From Paraspadella gotoi (lineage: Eukaryota > Animalia > Chaetognatha), in contig JBJCIZ010000988.1 in the NCBI GenBank assembly GCA_051294375.1, positions 1 through 7,523 of the forward strand: DNA of 7,523 nucleotides, written 5' to 3'. Shown in pieces: positions 7,416 through 7,523 of this stretch. The translations under genes and the position numbers were made by a program. The notes under the pieces were generated by a model. The model made no database searches. It saw nothing but the letters and a program-made list of their open reading frames with translations, and was not told the DNA's origin. The stretch's first letter is position 1; every line of letters starts with the position of its first letter.

Positions 7416-7447
7416 TTTTTCTTCTTCTTATCTTTCTTTCTTCCTTT
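7346..7447. repeat. (CTTT)n/(CTT)n polypyrimidine microsatellite
   Basis: Purine-free from 7346 to 7429, including (CTTT)8 at 7385-7416. Confidence 0.95.
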
Positions 7448-7523
7448 ATTTTTACTTTTTTTATATTCAATGCGTAGTCTGTTTTAGCATTTTCATCATA
7501 ACAGTTGAAAAGAAGTAGGCGTT

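Noticed and set aside
6912-7477. ORFs with poly-Arg, poly-Gln and Phe/Ile/Tyr runs
   Set aside because: Direct translations of microsatellites.
1-7523. CRISPR array, rRNA, intact tRNA, hammerhead ribozyme, prokaryotic operon
   Set aside because: I found no regularly spaced identical repeats, conserved RNA cores, CUGANGA/GAAA pair with stems, or dense long ORFs.

Overview
This window looks like non-coding eukaryotic (probably animal, possibly insect) intronic or intergenic DNA. I cannot support any intact gene, RNA gene, CRISPR array or complete mobile element. The solid features are low-complexity tracts: five pyrimidine-rich blocks all on the + strand, (CGA)11, a (CGA)/(CAA) compound repeat, a TTTA/TTA tract and (CTTT)8. 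There are also two CpG-rich islands with Z-DNA, G-quadruplex or hairpin potential, and a CCAAT/CRE/E-box cluster with a YY1 motif downstream. Between these lie several short, broken peptide segments resembling known families: a MutL/GHKL ATPase N-terminus (3112-3258), a FAR1/MULE motif (2470-2517), a DDE-transposase C-terminal motif beside a CAGGG-type end (49-313), and non-LTR retrotransposon pieces (RNase H, APE endonuclease, post-YADD RT). All protein resemblances were judged by eye against consensus sequences recalled from memory, not by search, and some may be chance. I see no evidence of an intact novel system.
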